IMG/VR virus record: IMGVR_UViG_3300048598_000163
Location: 1-64,000 of that record
DNA from: a virus
Taxonomy: Duplodnaviria > Caudoviricetes
Reading direction: 5' to 3' (one strand)
Length of the DNA: 64,000 nucleotides
The position numbers and the translations under genes are program-made. The notes beneath the pieces are model-generated. The model ran no database searches, was not told where the DNA came from, and saw nothing but the letters and a program-made list of their open reading frames with translations. Numbering within the stretch: the stretch's first letter is position 1; each line of letters starts with the position of its first letter. Shown piece by piece: positions 8,950 to 16,942 of the stretch.

Positions 8950-9281
8950 ACGGCCTCCTCGATCCCGAGGAATTTCTTCCGTTCGTCAGGATCCATAGAG
9001 AACCATCGAGCCTTGTGCTCTTCCATGGGCACGCCGTTCCATCTCTGGTATGTCTCGATGTACCATTTCTTCGGCCTTGAGCCCTCGTCGGCCTTGCCGA
9101 ACATCGGCATCCGCCACGGTTCCGCGCGGAGCTTATTCAGCCCAACGCCTTGAGCCTGTGCGACATCCTGCATGGTCACGTACTTCTTTGCGTTGAGCAG
9201 CTCGAGAATCCGGGCGTTTTGTGTTTTGATCGTGGTCAATTCTTCCAAGAGAGCTTGCGGGTTAAACAGAACAGCTTCCAT
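8946..9281 (-). CDS. Putative DNA-binding / excisionase-like protein
   Basis: KYVTMQDVAQAQGVGLNKLR HTH-like segment; early operon position. Confidence 0.45.
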   Translation of the reverse strand: MEAVLFNPQALLEELTTIKTQNARILELLNAKKYVTMQDVAQAQGVGLNKLRAEPWRMPMFGKADEGSRPKKWYIETYQRWNGVPMEEHKARWFSMDPDERKKFLGIEEAV

Positions 9282-9292
9282 ATTCTTTATCC

Positions 9293-10084
9293 TTACTGGG
9301 CGATCGCCATTGCCGGCACCGCTTTTGTTTTGATTGTTTTTCTGATGTAGTCGAGGCCGCGCTGATACACGAGCGTGGTCAGGTTAATGCGACGTTCGCC
9401 ATCGGGTGCAGTCCAGGCATTTTCTACGACGCGGAAATACCCGCGGTCCTGATAGGCCCGATACGGCAGATTGTTTTCGTCGAGAATCTTCTCGTCACGA
9501 AGAAGCTGGAATATCTTGTTCCGCCCCCATCCGGCTATATTGAGCGTGGCGGCTACCTCGCGCATCGAGATCGCGGACCGGGAGGAGGCTACCTGGTCAA
9601 AGAACTCGGCCTTCGGAAGCAGCTCGGCGATCCGGCTGGACTGACGCGTGATAAGCTCGTTCGCCTGCTGCAATGCCCGAGCAAAAACAAGTTCGGGTGT
9701 ATTCCATGCCTGTTCGATCTTGATAAGGTACTGACGAACTTCGCGGCCCTTTTCGTTGTTCTCGACCATTGCGAGTTCTTTGGCCATGGGGACGGTCAGA
9801 AAGTAATCAATGCGGTTTTGGCCTCCGTGCATCTCGCTCACCAGATTTGGCGAGCGAGTTTCGTAATCCACGCCTTCGCAAAACCCATACTTTTCGATCC
9901 GATCTTTGATCCAGTTCGAAAAGTCGCGGCCGACCCCGAGGCCAACATGAAGATCGCGTGCATTAACAACTTGCTGTCCGTTGTTTTCGCACACCGTTAG
10001 TAAGTCATTCATCCCATCGCCCTCCCGTATAAGTATTTGTGCTGAAAGAAAGTCCCTCCGGGCGTACTCTGTAAGTACCACCAA
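9293..10084 (-). CDS. Phage antirepressor (AntA/AntB N-terminus + KilAC C-terminus); likely start MNDLL near 10012
   Basis: VNARDLHVGLGVGRDFSNWIKDRIEKYGF and PKAEFFD...GRNKIFQLLRDEKIL...PY...GYF. Confidence 0.88.
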   Translation of the reverse strand: MVVLTEYARRDFLSAQILIREGDGMNDLLTVCENNGQQVVNARDLHVGLGVGRDFSNWIKDRIEKYGFCEGVDYETRSPNLVSEMHGGQNRIDYFLTVPMAKELAMVENNEKGREVRQYLIKIEQAWNTPELVFARALQQANELITRQSSRIAELLPKAEFFDQVASSRSAISMREVAATLNIAGWGRNKIFQLLRDEKILDENNLPYRAYQDRGYFRVVENAWTAPDGERRINLTTLVYQRGLDYIRKTIKTKAVPAMAIAQ

Positions 10085-10109
10085 ACTTTTCCACCAGGAG
10101 GAACAGAAA

Positions 10110-10283
10110 TTGAAAGATCCGAGACCGAACGACGCCTACCCAAAATGCCCAGAATGTGGCAAACAAAACTTCTTTGACATTCGAAAGTTCAACCCGTATA
10201 AACCGGAAGAAAACAAGATCAAATGCGTAGCGTGCGATCATATTTTCTTACTCTCCGACGCCCTGCCCAATTCCGTGCCCTGA
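10110..10283 (+). CDS. 57-aa zinc-ribbon protein (TTG start), antisense to the early operon
   Basis: RBS GGAGG at 10097-10101; CPECG...CVACDH. Confidence 0.6.
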   Translation: MKDPRPNDAYPKCPECGKQNFFDIRKFNPYKPEENKIKCVACDHIFLLSDALPNSVP

Positions 10284-10603
10284 TTCTCCTCGGTATTGGC
10301 GCCATACACAAAAGACCAGTCGGTTATTTTTTGTTTATGCGGCGCCACATACAGAGTGATTGCATATATTCCTTCCACCGATGTTTCTCGGCTTTGTGTC
10401 AGAAGGACGTTCAATCCATAAAGCAACTCAAAATAGTCCTCGACCCTCTCATCTGCGGCATATAGTGGGTTCCCGGTTTTGTTGTCGATTACGCTTTCCG
10501 GGGCGCCGATACATTCGAGTTTGTGGGCAACAACACACGGATTGAAGACGCGCCCAAATTTCTTGAACGCATACGCAATCCTTCGGGTTAATGGGATTTT
10601 CAT
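10238..10603 (-). CDS. Hypothetical protein
   Basis: 121 aa ORF coupled (ATGA) to 10600..10857. Confidence 0.55.
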   Translation of the reverse strand: MKIPLTRRIAYAFKKFGRVFNPCVVAHKLECIGAPESVIDNKTGNPLYAADERVEDYFELLYGLNVLLTQSRETSVEGIYAITLYVAPHKQKITDWSFVYGANTEENQGTELGRASESKKI

Positions 10604-10836
10604 TTACGCGCCTCACATCCAGCACCTGCGAAGGCAGCCGCGTCGATCTGTGTTTTTCCGGATTCGACATCCTTCAGGAATTTCTGGCGGCGCTCATATT
10701 CCGCGTACCCTATTTCTAGCAATACGGCAAGCTGATCCTTAAAAGATCTCCGTTCCACCGCGGCGACCTTCTCGACAATGGCTTTTGACTTATTCGTTAT
10801 CCGTATAGTTGTTTCAGAACCTTTTGTTTGTTTCAT
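10600..10836 (-). CDS. Ribbon-helix-helix (Arc/Mnt-like) regulator, first gene of early operon (likely start ATG 10836)
   Basis: TTIRITNKSKAIVEKVAAVERRSFKDQLAVLLEIGY fits the strand-helix-helix pattern. Confidence 0.6.
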   Translation of the reverse strand: MKQTKGSETTIRITNKSKAIVEKVAAVERRSFKDQLAVLLEIGYAEYERRQKFLKDVESGKTQIDAAAFAGAGCEARK

Positions 10837-10842
10837 GGTTTT

Positions 10843-10877
10843 ATTATTATGCCACATTCGTGGCTTGTCAAGCCACG
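10843..10877 (-). promoter_or_regulatory. Leftward sigma70-like promoter overlapped by two palindromic operators
   Basis: TTGACA at 10871-10866, AATAAT 17 nt downstream; GCCAC-ATTC-GTGGC (10851-10864) and CGTGGCTT-GTC-AAGCCACG (10859-10877). Confidence 0.65.
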
Positions 10878-10949
10878 TTTGTATCTTTTATATAAAAATA
10901 CTTAAAGTTCTGCGGCTTTTGTCGATACAATTAATGTCGGGAGTACAAA

Positions 10950-11201
10950 TTGGGCACAAAACAGATAACAACAAAATCAGAAATTCAGAGAGTCCGTATA
11001 ACACCAGAACTTCGTGAGAAATGCCGAAACGCCAGGATGTCTGGATCCTGGGCAGATAGAGCGGAATCAGATTTTTTGGCTTATTTGATTAACTTGGGTA
11101 TTGTTCGTTATGAGAAATCGATTCTCCCCATTGAGCGCGGGGATGATCTTGAGGAATCGCAGGAAAAAAGAACACCCGAGGGCAAGAGCCGCGTCGGGTG
11201 A
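10950..11201 (+). CDS. Divergent ribbon-helix-helix-like regulator (putative repressor)
   Basis: TTG start with GGGAG RBS; QRVRITPELREKC...DFLAYLINLGIVRYE aligns by eye to 10600..10836. Confidence 0.55.
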   Translation: MGTKQITTKSEIQRVRITPELREKCRNARMSGSWADRAESDFLAYLINLGIVRYEKSILPIERGDDLEESQEKRTPEGKSRVG

Positions 11202-11303
11202 TTTACTTTGATTTTAATAAGGGTAAGTATCTGTAAATGAACGATAATTCAAGGCCGATTAAGCAAATTAGGAACACCATAAAGGCAAGATCATTTCACG
11301 ATT

Positions 11304-11831
11304 CTATTTACAGGTATACATAACAACAAATTTATCACTCATTTTTTTTAAAACAGCCGCTACGTTATCGCTAACTATATATTTTGCTCCCATGCTGTTC
11401 CATGCAACAGGTTCGCCGTATTTTTTTTCAAGGTTCAACCCGGTAATCATATAACGCTCTTGATCTGGAAAAATCATTCCGACAGTAAACAAACCAGCAT
11501 CATTAAACCAGAATGTAACTTCTCCTATACCGATGGATCCATCACCATTCATCCAGAGGGCTTGGTTTATATAATTAATTATGAATACACCATCACCAAC
11601 ATTTGCTTTCTCTGCCAAATCTGACTCACCAAGGATGGCAATTACTTCTTCAGGAGACGAGCCCCATTTGCATCCGCGCAAGCCTTCGGACGCAGGCATA
11701 ACTTCTTGAGCATATACGCCTAATACAGATAGCGCGACCAAGATCACAAGAAATATTTTTTTAGTACGGAGATTAATCATTCTTTCAAAATAGTCCTGTG
11801 AGATCAGGTTGTCAAGAGTTTTTATCATCAC
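11304..11831 (-). CDS. AT-rich exported hypothetical protein (moron-like)
   Basis: Signal peptide KKIFLVILVALSVLGVYA; LRGCKWGSSPEEV motif; visibly lower GC than flanks. Confidence 0.6.
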   Translation of the reverse strand: MMIKTLDNLISQDYFERMINLRTKKIFLVILVALSVLGVYAQEVMPASEGLRGCKWGSSPEEVIAILGESDLAEKANVGDGVFIINYINQALWMNGDGSIGIGEVTFWFNDAGLFTVGMIFPDQERYMITGLNLEKKYGEPVAWNSMGAKYIVSDNVAAVLKKMSDKFVVMYTCK

Positions 11832-11983
11832 TCAATATCTTTGTTATTCTGGAATGGCGAAAGCCGTTCCGCCGGAGGCGTCTTTCCGAAAAAATGCCGG
11901 AAAGTGAAAAATCGCATCAGTTACGAAGTAACTGTACTTCCAGTTCCTCTTCCAGTTCCAGTTCCATCTAAGCATCCCCACCT

Positions 11984-12044
11984 ACGCGTGGCGACGCGTG
12001 AGGCACGCGTGGCTCACGTGATGGTCACGCGTGCCTCACGCGTG
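11984..12044. repeat. Iteron array B: six ACGCGTG-like units, 10-11 bp period
   Basis: Units at 11984, 11994, 12005, 12016 (degenerate), 12027, 12038. Confidence 0.85.
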
Positions 12045-12260
12045 AAGTTTTGTCTGGTTTTGTATACATGGTTCTACCATTTCTATTCTATATAGTTGTG
12101 CTATGCGCGTTTTGATGGCATACTTAGGTTATTGCTTGATTTTTGCTGTTTTTGGGATTCGCTCGTCCGTCGCTCGAAAGTGAGAAATGAACCATTTTTG
12201 AAGTGCCTGAAAAGCTGCTCTGAAAACGGTCGTTTTTGAAGAGAAAAAGGCATGCCGTTT

Positions 12261-12343
12261 ACGCGTGGCGACGCGTTGACCACGCGTGCATTACGCGTGA
12301 GCCACGCGTGACTATCGCGTGCTTAACGCGTGGCGCACGCGTG
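12261..12343. repeat. Iteron array C: eight (A/T)CGCGT(G) units, 10-11 bp period
   Basis: Units at 12261, 12271, 12282, 12293, 12304, 12315, 12326, 12337. Confidence 0.88.
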
Positions 12344-12549
12344 AAATAGCCCGGTTGATGAAATGGTACACGTTTCGTTAACGCTATTAGTGCCGGTATT
12401 ACTCCAATATCTCCATTCATTAACCCCGTCGATGTTTTATAGTTTGACACAATGCCTTTCGTACCATATATTTCTATATAGAATAACGTTATATGACGTT
12501 ATATCAATTTTTAATGGGCGAATTCCAACCCGTTCCCGGCAGATGGTTT

Positions 12550-12691
12550 CGGGCTGTAATTGCTTACAGCGTATAGAATTACAGCCCGTTTCCTTTTTTC
12601 GGTTAATGATTCTGGTTAATGAAACGAAATCCTTGTGCCATATAGACAAGAGATTTTACCGATTTCGTTAACCGATTCTTCCAGGTTAATG
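12550..12691. repeat. Cluster of inverted and direct repeats upstream of the recombinase (attP/res-site or terminator candidate)
   Basis: CGGGCTGTAATT 12550-12561 / AATTACAGCCCG 12577-12588; GGTTAATG at 12601, 12614, 12684; AACGAAATC 12623 / GATTTCGTT 12661. Confidence 0.55.
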
Positions 12692-12713
12692 GTTCCGCTC
12701 GAAAGGAGCAGGT

Positions 12714-13844
12714 ATGCCAAGACAAAAAAAAACGATTCGGTGCGCGCTTAGGAAGGAATACGGTCGCTACCAAATTTGCTACGCCTGGAATCCGGGAAAC
12801 TGGATCCTCACCCCTTACGACACCCCCGAAGAAGCGGTGCTCTGGGCGAAGGAACGCGAACAACTTTACAAGACCACAGGAAAATCCGACATCCCTACGT
12901 TCGGTTCCATCGCAGATGGTTTTTACGACAAGGGAAGTTATTTCCGGCTGATGAAAGAAAAGAAAAACAAAGTCTATCTTGAAGACTATTACATGAAAAG
13001 AAGCGGTCTTCTCAAGAACCATATTCTCCCAACATTCCGTAATTTCTATGTGACCGAAATAACTCCCTATCAGATTGACGAATGGTCTGTAACTTTGAAA
13101 CTAGCTGCCGATACTAAAAATAAGTGCATGGAAGTTTTCAAAGAGATTCTTCAGTCGGCCGTAAGCAAGGGGTGCTTGAAGACGAATCCCATGAACGAAG
13201 TCGAGCGGTTCGGCGATGATTCTACCCAGCGGGAACCATTCACCGTAGAAGAGCTGAATAAACTTTTCCCTGCCGATACTGCAGAAGCCGTGGCAATCTG
13301 GGGATCGACGCTTTATCTCGCATGGGGTCTGGTTCTGCGCGACACTGGATGCCGCCCGTCCGAGGCCCTGGCATGGGCTCCGTCTGACTACAACACGACC
13401 TGGGGAGGATTTCCAATCGTTAAACGCATCCGCGGGTATAGCGCGAAAATATACCCGGGGACGAAGGGTGGCCGCCGGCAATACCGTGCAGCCATTTTAT
13501 CGGTAGTCGGTAAACGGATAATGACAGAAGTCCTTGAGACTTGCGAAACCGAGCGGATATTCCCATGGCGCGTTGATCAGGCCAACGGATTCTTTCGCCT
13601 TGCTTTGGCGCGCGCGAAGATCCCCGAACGCGGGCCTTTGGGAACTATTCGGACGCAGTATTGCCTACGGCACACGGCAGTAACACAGACCATCGACATC
13701 GACAGAGAACTTGCCGCCGAGATATATGGTCATCGAACGCTTAAAAACCAACAGCGATACGATCACCCGAACGAAGAGGAATTGTTCAAACGTGTTTCAG
13801 GATCAAACGAATTACTGAAAAAGCGGTTTGATACAGAAAAATAG
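12714..13844 (+). CDS. Tyrosine recombinase / integrase
   Basis: Catalytic pattern TGCRPSEAL (R), TKGG (K), YCLRHT (H-x-x-R with His replaced by Tyr), IYGH, QQRYDH (Y); RBS GAAAGGAG. Confidence 0.9.
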   Translation: MPRQKKTIRCALRKEYGRYQICYAWNPGNWILTPYDTPEEAVLWAKEREQLYKTTGKSDIPTFGSIADGFYDKGSYFRLMKEKKNKVYLEDYYMKRSGLLKNHILPTFRNFYVTEITPYQIDEWSVTLKLAADTKNKCMEVFKEILQSAVSKGCLKTNPMNEVERFGDDSTQREPFTVEELNKLFPADTAEAVAIWGSTLYLAWGLVLRDTGCRPSEALAWAPSDYNTTWGGFPIVKRIRGYSAKIYPGTKGGRRQYRAAILSVVGKRIMTEVLETCETERIFPWRVDQANGFFRLALARAKIPERGPLGTIRTQYCLRHTAVTQTIDIDRELAAEIYGHRTLKNQQRYDHPNEEELFKRVSGSNELLKKRFDTEK

Positions 13845-13849
13845 GAGCG

Positions 13850-14620
13850 ATGATGAAGAAACAGGAAGCGATCAAGAACGAATTCGACACAGGTTTCCAG
13901 ATCGACAAGTACAAGATTGGATCCATAAAGGAATTGGTGAATATTGACGCTTCCGGCGACGCCCTTGCCGCTTTTAAGTCGAAGGACCTGCCAAGTATAG
14001 AGACGGCCATCGAAGGACTCGCAAAACACGCACGATCGGCAATTCTTTTAATCGGTATCGGCTGCGTCATCATAGACCGAGAATCACTGTATGAGGCGGC
14101 CGGGTACCGTTCCTATCTTGAATACGCATCGCACCTTTTTGAAAAAATGGGGCTTCCTCCTCAAACATTGAGCGACGCCAAGATTATCGCAGAGACATAT
14201 ATTGACCGGTTTTCAGAACTGAAGAAGGCAGGTTTTAAGATTGAGGGTAACGCCCATAAATTGCGATACGTGAAAATCGCCATTGAGAACCATCCGAAGA
14301 AACAGGATGAAGTATTCGAGCGAGTCACAACGAACACATTGCGCGAATTCGTCGTATGGGCTAAATCCCGGGGCAGGAAGGCACCCGAATACAATCCGAC
14401 AGTAAAAGTAACGGCAACTCGCATTTCGATCGACGGAAAGAACATTTTGAATTTCGACGAGGATCTTTCTGCCAAAGAAAAAGAAAACATTGCCGGATAC
14501 CTGTCTGCTGTTTACAAAATCAGGGAATCCGGCAATGAACCGTTTATTCTCGACACCTACGATGCCGGCGAGCAACGGGCAATTCTAAACTTCCAGAAAA
14601 AGTACCGGGCCACTAAATAG
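13850..14620 (+). CDS. Hypothetical protein co-transcribed with recombinase; possible partition/replication accessory
   Basis: LYEAAGYRSYLEYASHLFEKMGLPPQTLSDAKII recalls the Y-x-x-x-GYxSFxxY-HTH of spirochaete plasmid partition-associated proteins (by eye). Confidence 0.45.
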   Translation: MMKKQEAIKNEFDTGFQIDKYKIGSIKELVNIDASGDALAAFKSKDLPSIETAIEGLAKHARSAILLIGIGCVIIDRESLYEAAGYRSYLEYASHLFEKMGLPPQTLSDAKIIAETYIDRFSELKKAGFKIEGNAHKLRYVKIAIENHPKKQDEVFERVTTNTLREFVVWAKSRGRKAPEYNPTVKVTATRISIDGKNILNFDEDLSAKEKENIAGYLSAVYKIRESGNEPFILDTYDAGEQRAILNFQKKYRATK

Positions 14621-15305
14621 GGTCGTCTCTCTCGTCGTCCCACTTTCCAGCAAATTCCTCGAGTTCAGTCTCGTTGTAGCATCCGCGCTTATGGTCCATG
14701 ATCGAAAAGAGCTTGGTTCTCTCACCAATCTGGATCATGTCGCCCGGCGTCTTGAAGAACGGCGGAAGCATCGTAACAAGATCACTTCCGTAGCGAACCC
14801 AATACAGATGATTCTTGGGTATGTATCTCTCAACGGATTCCTTATAGGCCTTGTTGCCTACCTTTGGCGCCTCAAGCATACCAACGAACACGTTTTTGGG
14901 AGGCACGGAGAAATTCCGAACAATGTCCAGGGCGATTATGCTTGCTTCTCCGCCGCCCTTTGAGCGGCCCGCTACAACCAAACCAATCGAGAGAGCCCTG
15001 GCAAGAACTTCATTGCCCTTTATTATCGCGAAAAACTCTTCCCGGTAACGCTCCCACTCGGTTATATAACCCTTGTGGATCCGAACCATTGAATCGATTT
15101 TCGCATAGGAAGGCTTTGCTCGAATTTGGAAGAAATCAAGGTTTATGGGCCAGTCAGGGCCGTTGAGACCGCCGCTCGGAGCAAGGTTTACCGAAAGCAT
15201 CCCGAGATAGGTACCAAACCGAGCGTCAATAGTTTTTTCAAACGAATGAGCCTCGATCACGGTAACATGCCGATCGAAGGCAACGTCGTACACGTATTCA
15301 AGCAT
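14613..15305 (-). CDS. Class-3 lipase-like alpha/beta hydrolase, last gene of lysis cassette
   Basis: Nucleophile elbow VAGRSKGG (GxSxG), RYGSDLVTMLPP (Asp), C-terminal DHK (His); RBS TAAGGAG. Confidence 0.8.
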   Translation of the reverse strand: MLEYVYDVAFDRHVTVIEAHSFEKTIDARFGTYLGMLSVNLAPSGGLNGPDWPINLDFFQIRAKPSYAKIDSMVRIHKGYITEWERYREEFFAIIKGNEVLARALSIGLVVAGRSKGGGEASIIALDIVRNFSVPPKNVFVGMLEAPKVGNKAYKESVERYIPKNHLYWVRYGSDLVTMLPPFFKTPGDMIQIGERTKLFSIMDHKRGCYNETELEEFAGKWDDERDDPI

Positions 15306-15314
15306 AAAGACTCC

Positions 15315-15800
15315 TTACGGCAATATTTTCCTGAAAACGTACGTCAGGAACAGCAGGACCAATAGAGCCGCAATGACAATCAAGCAGATTATTATCTTGA
15401 TAAGCCTGCTGGCTGATTCGTCACGGAACTTGTCCCGATCCGCTGTCATGTCCTTGAGCAGCGTCAAGGTATCGTTGTAATTCGTCCTGGCTTTCTCGTA
15501 TGAGGACTTCGCACTGTCCAATGAGGTCTTGGATAGTTGTAAATCCTTCTCCGAGCTTGCCAACTTCGACTGCCAGCTCTGCCGTTCGGTCTTTCTCTCG
15601 CTCTCCTGCTGCGTCAATTTCTCCTGCAAGCTCTTTTCCCGTTCCGCTTGCTGAATCGATATATCCTTCGCCTGTCCCAAGAGAACTATCACCCGCGTCA
15701 AATTGCCCTGAACCGTCGACAAGGACGGTTGGGGCTGTTCGGCATGAAGTGACAAGGATAAGAGCAAGAAGAGCGAAAACAAGGCCTGTTTTGCGCGCAT
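15315..15800 (-). CDS. Coiled-coil periplasmic protein with N-terminal signal peptide and C-terminal TM (spanin-like)
   Basis: MRAKQALFSLFLLLSLSLHA signal; heptad-rich middle; LIKIIICLIVIAALLVLLFLTYVF-RK anchor. Confidence 0.6.
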   Translation of the reverse strand: MRAKQALFSLFLLLSLSLHAEQPQPSLSTVQGNLTRVIVLLGQAKDISIQQAEREKSLQEKLTQQESERKTERQSWQSKLASSEKDLQLSKTSLDSAKSSYEKARTNYNDTLTLLKDMTADRDKFRDESASRLIKIIICLIVIAALLVLLFLTYVFRKILP

Positions 15801-15810
15801 ACGGCATCAT
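15421..15810 (-). CDS. Lipoprotein (o-spanin-like) overlapping 15315..15800 in another frame
   Basis: RKTGLVFALLALILVTS-C lipobox; ATGA-coupled to upstream gene; Gly/Ser linker then helical C-terminus. Confidence 0.6.
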   Translation of the reverse strand: MMPYARKTGLVFALLALILVTSCRTAPTVLVDGSGQFDAGDSSLGTGEGYIDSASGTGKELAGEIDAAGEREKDRTAELAVEVGKLGEGFTTIQDLIGQCEVLIRESQDELQRYLDAAQGHDSGSGQVP

Positions 15811-16259
15811 TTTACGCCGGACCCATCCGGCGCCTCCGAGGGATCGGTGTTGGCATCAGAAATACTGCCGGCGGGTACCTCGATCGGCTCTGCCAGGCGT
15901 GCGAGAATGCTCGTGTCAACTTCTCCCGACCCTACAGCCTTGTCGACCAGGTGAAATACGAGCCGGACGATGACGTTGTACCCGAAGATCTCGATAAAGG
16001 GCAAAATCGATGCGAACGTGAACAGTATGGCGTTGAGGGTGCTACCAAAAATCTCGCTGTTCGGCGACATTCCCAGGCAGACGGCGATTCCCAAAGAAAA
16101 CACGAGCGAAAGGAAGGGCCAAGCTACAGTCGATTTTTTTCCGGTTCCGGCCCGCGCGCTCGCGATAGCGTCCCTTACCGACTTAACCCACTCAATCCAG
16201 CCAATTACGTCAAACGACGCAATAACCAAAAGAGCCACCCACAGAAGCAATGAAATCAT
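15807..16259 (-). CDS. Holin-like membrane protein
   Basis: Three hydrophobic segments plus acidic tail; lies between endolysin and spanin-like genes. Confidence 0.55.
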   Translation of the reverse strand: MISLLLWVALLVIASFDVIGWIEWVKSVRDAIASARAGTGKKSTVAWPFLSLVFSLGIAVCLGMSPNSEIFGSTLNAILFTFASILPFIEIFGYNVIVRLVFHLVDKAVGSGEVDTSILARLAEPIEVPAGSISDANTDPSEAPDGSGVK

Positions 16260-16269
16260 ATTTGTCCTC

Positions 16270-16929
16270 CTAGACTATGAAATGAACCCATTTTCTATTC
16301 TGTCCGGGTTCCTTGACGATCTTGAGAAAGTCGTTATACGGCACGATTACATCGTTTCCACGGGTATCGATATACCCGGTACGATAATCCCCATAGGGAT
16401 CATTAACGATGAGCGAGATTATCCGGGATGAATCCACTTGCGATGAGTCTTTTATGTTTTGGATATCATCTTGAGCGGTTTGAAATCCGCACACGCAGAC
16501 GATATGGCCGATTGTTTTTTCAACGCCGCCGGCGCGATACGGCCACTGCCCGGATACAACACACGCCTTCTTCTCTTTGATAGAAAAAACGATTTCCTGA
16601 ATCCTTGCCGTCCAGGTGAAGCGATTCACCTCTTTTTTCATCCAGCGATTGGTGCCAAACGCTCTGACGGGGGCAAGCTCGTTCGCCGGAATGTTTTTCC
16701 CGAATTCCGTCGGGTACATTTTCTTGTAATATTCCATGACTTCGGGATTTGTTCTAATGAATTCCGTGAGCACGTCTTCCGGCTGTCGGCCGCCGCAATC
16801 AGGCAATTCATACCCTGAATAAAGCAACGCCATTACCATCGATGTGGGACCGCAGGTTCCGTTTGGATCGATTCGGTTGTTCCTCTGGGTGAAATAATCC
16901 TTTCCTTGAGACAAATTAACCGTAACCAT
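16270..16929 (-). CDS. Peptidase C39-like protein, putative endolysin
   Basis: Papain-like triad TCGPTS (Cys), GHIVCVCG (His), VNDPYG (Asp). Confidence 0.78.
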   Translation of the reverse strand: MVTVNLSQGKDYFTQRNNRIDPNGTCGPTSMVMALLYSGYELPDCGGRQPEDVLTEFIRTNPEVMEYYKKMYPTEFGKNIPANELAPVRAFGTNRWMKKEVNRFTWTARIQEIVFSIKEKKACVVSGQWPYRAGGVEKTIGHIVCVCGFQTAQDDIQNIKDSSQVDSSRIISLIVNDPYGDYRTGYIDTRGNDVIVPYNDFLKIVKEPGQNRKWVHFIV

Positions 16930-16942
16930 ATGAATCCTCCCT

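Noticed and set aside
11984-12343. Possible CRISPR array
   Set aside because: Units are 7-bp cores with 3-4 nt linkers, far too short for repeat-spacer structure; no cas genes
11841-12671. Short ORFs in the intergenic control region (11841..12095, 12101..12283, 12259..12450, 12363..12671, 12437..12649)
   Set aside because: No RBS or motifs; translations are dominated by the iteron repeats or AT-rich DNA
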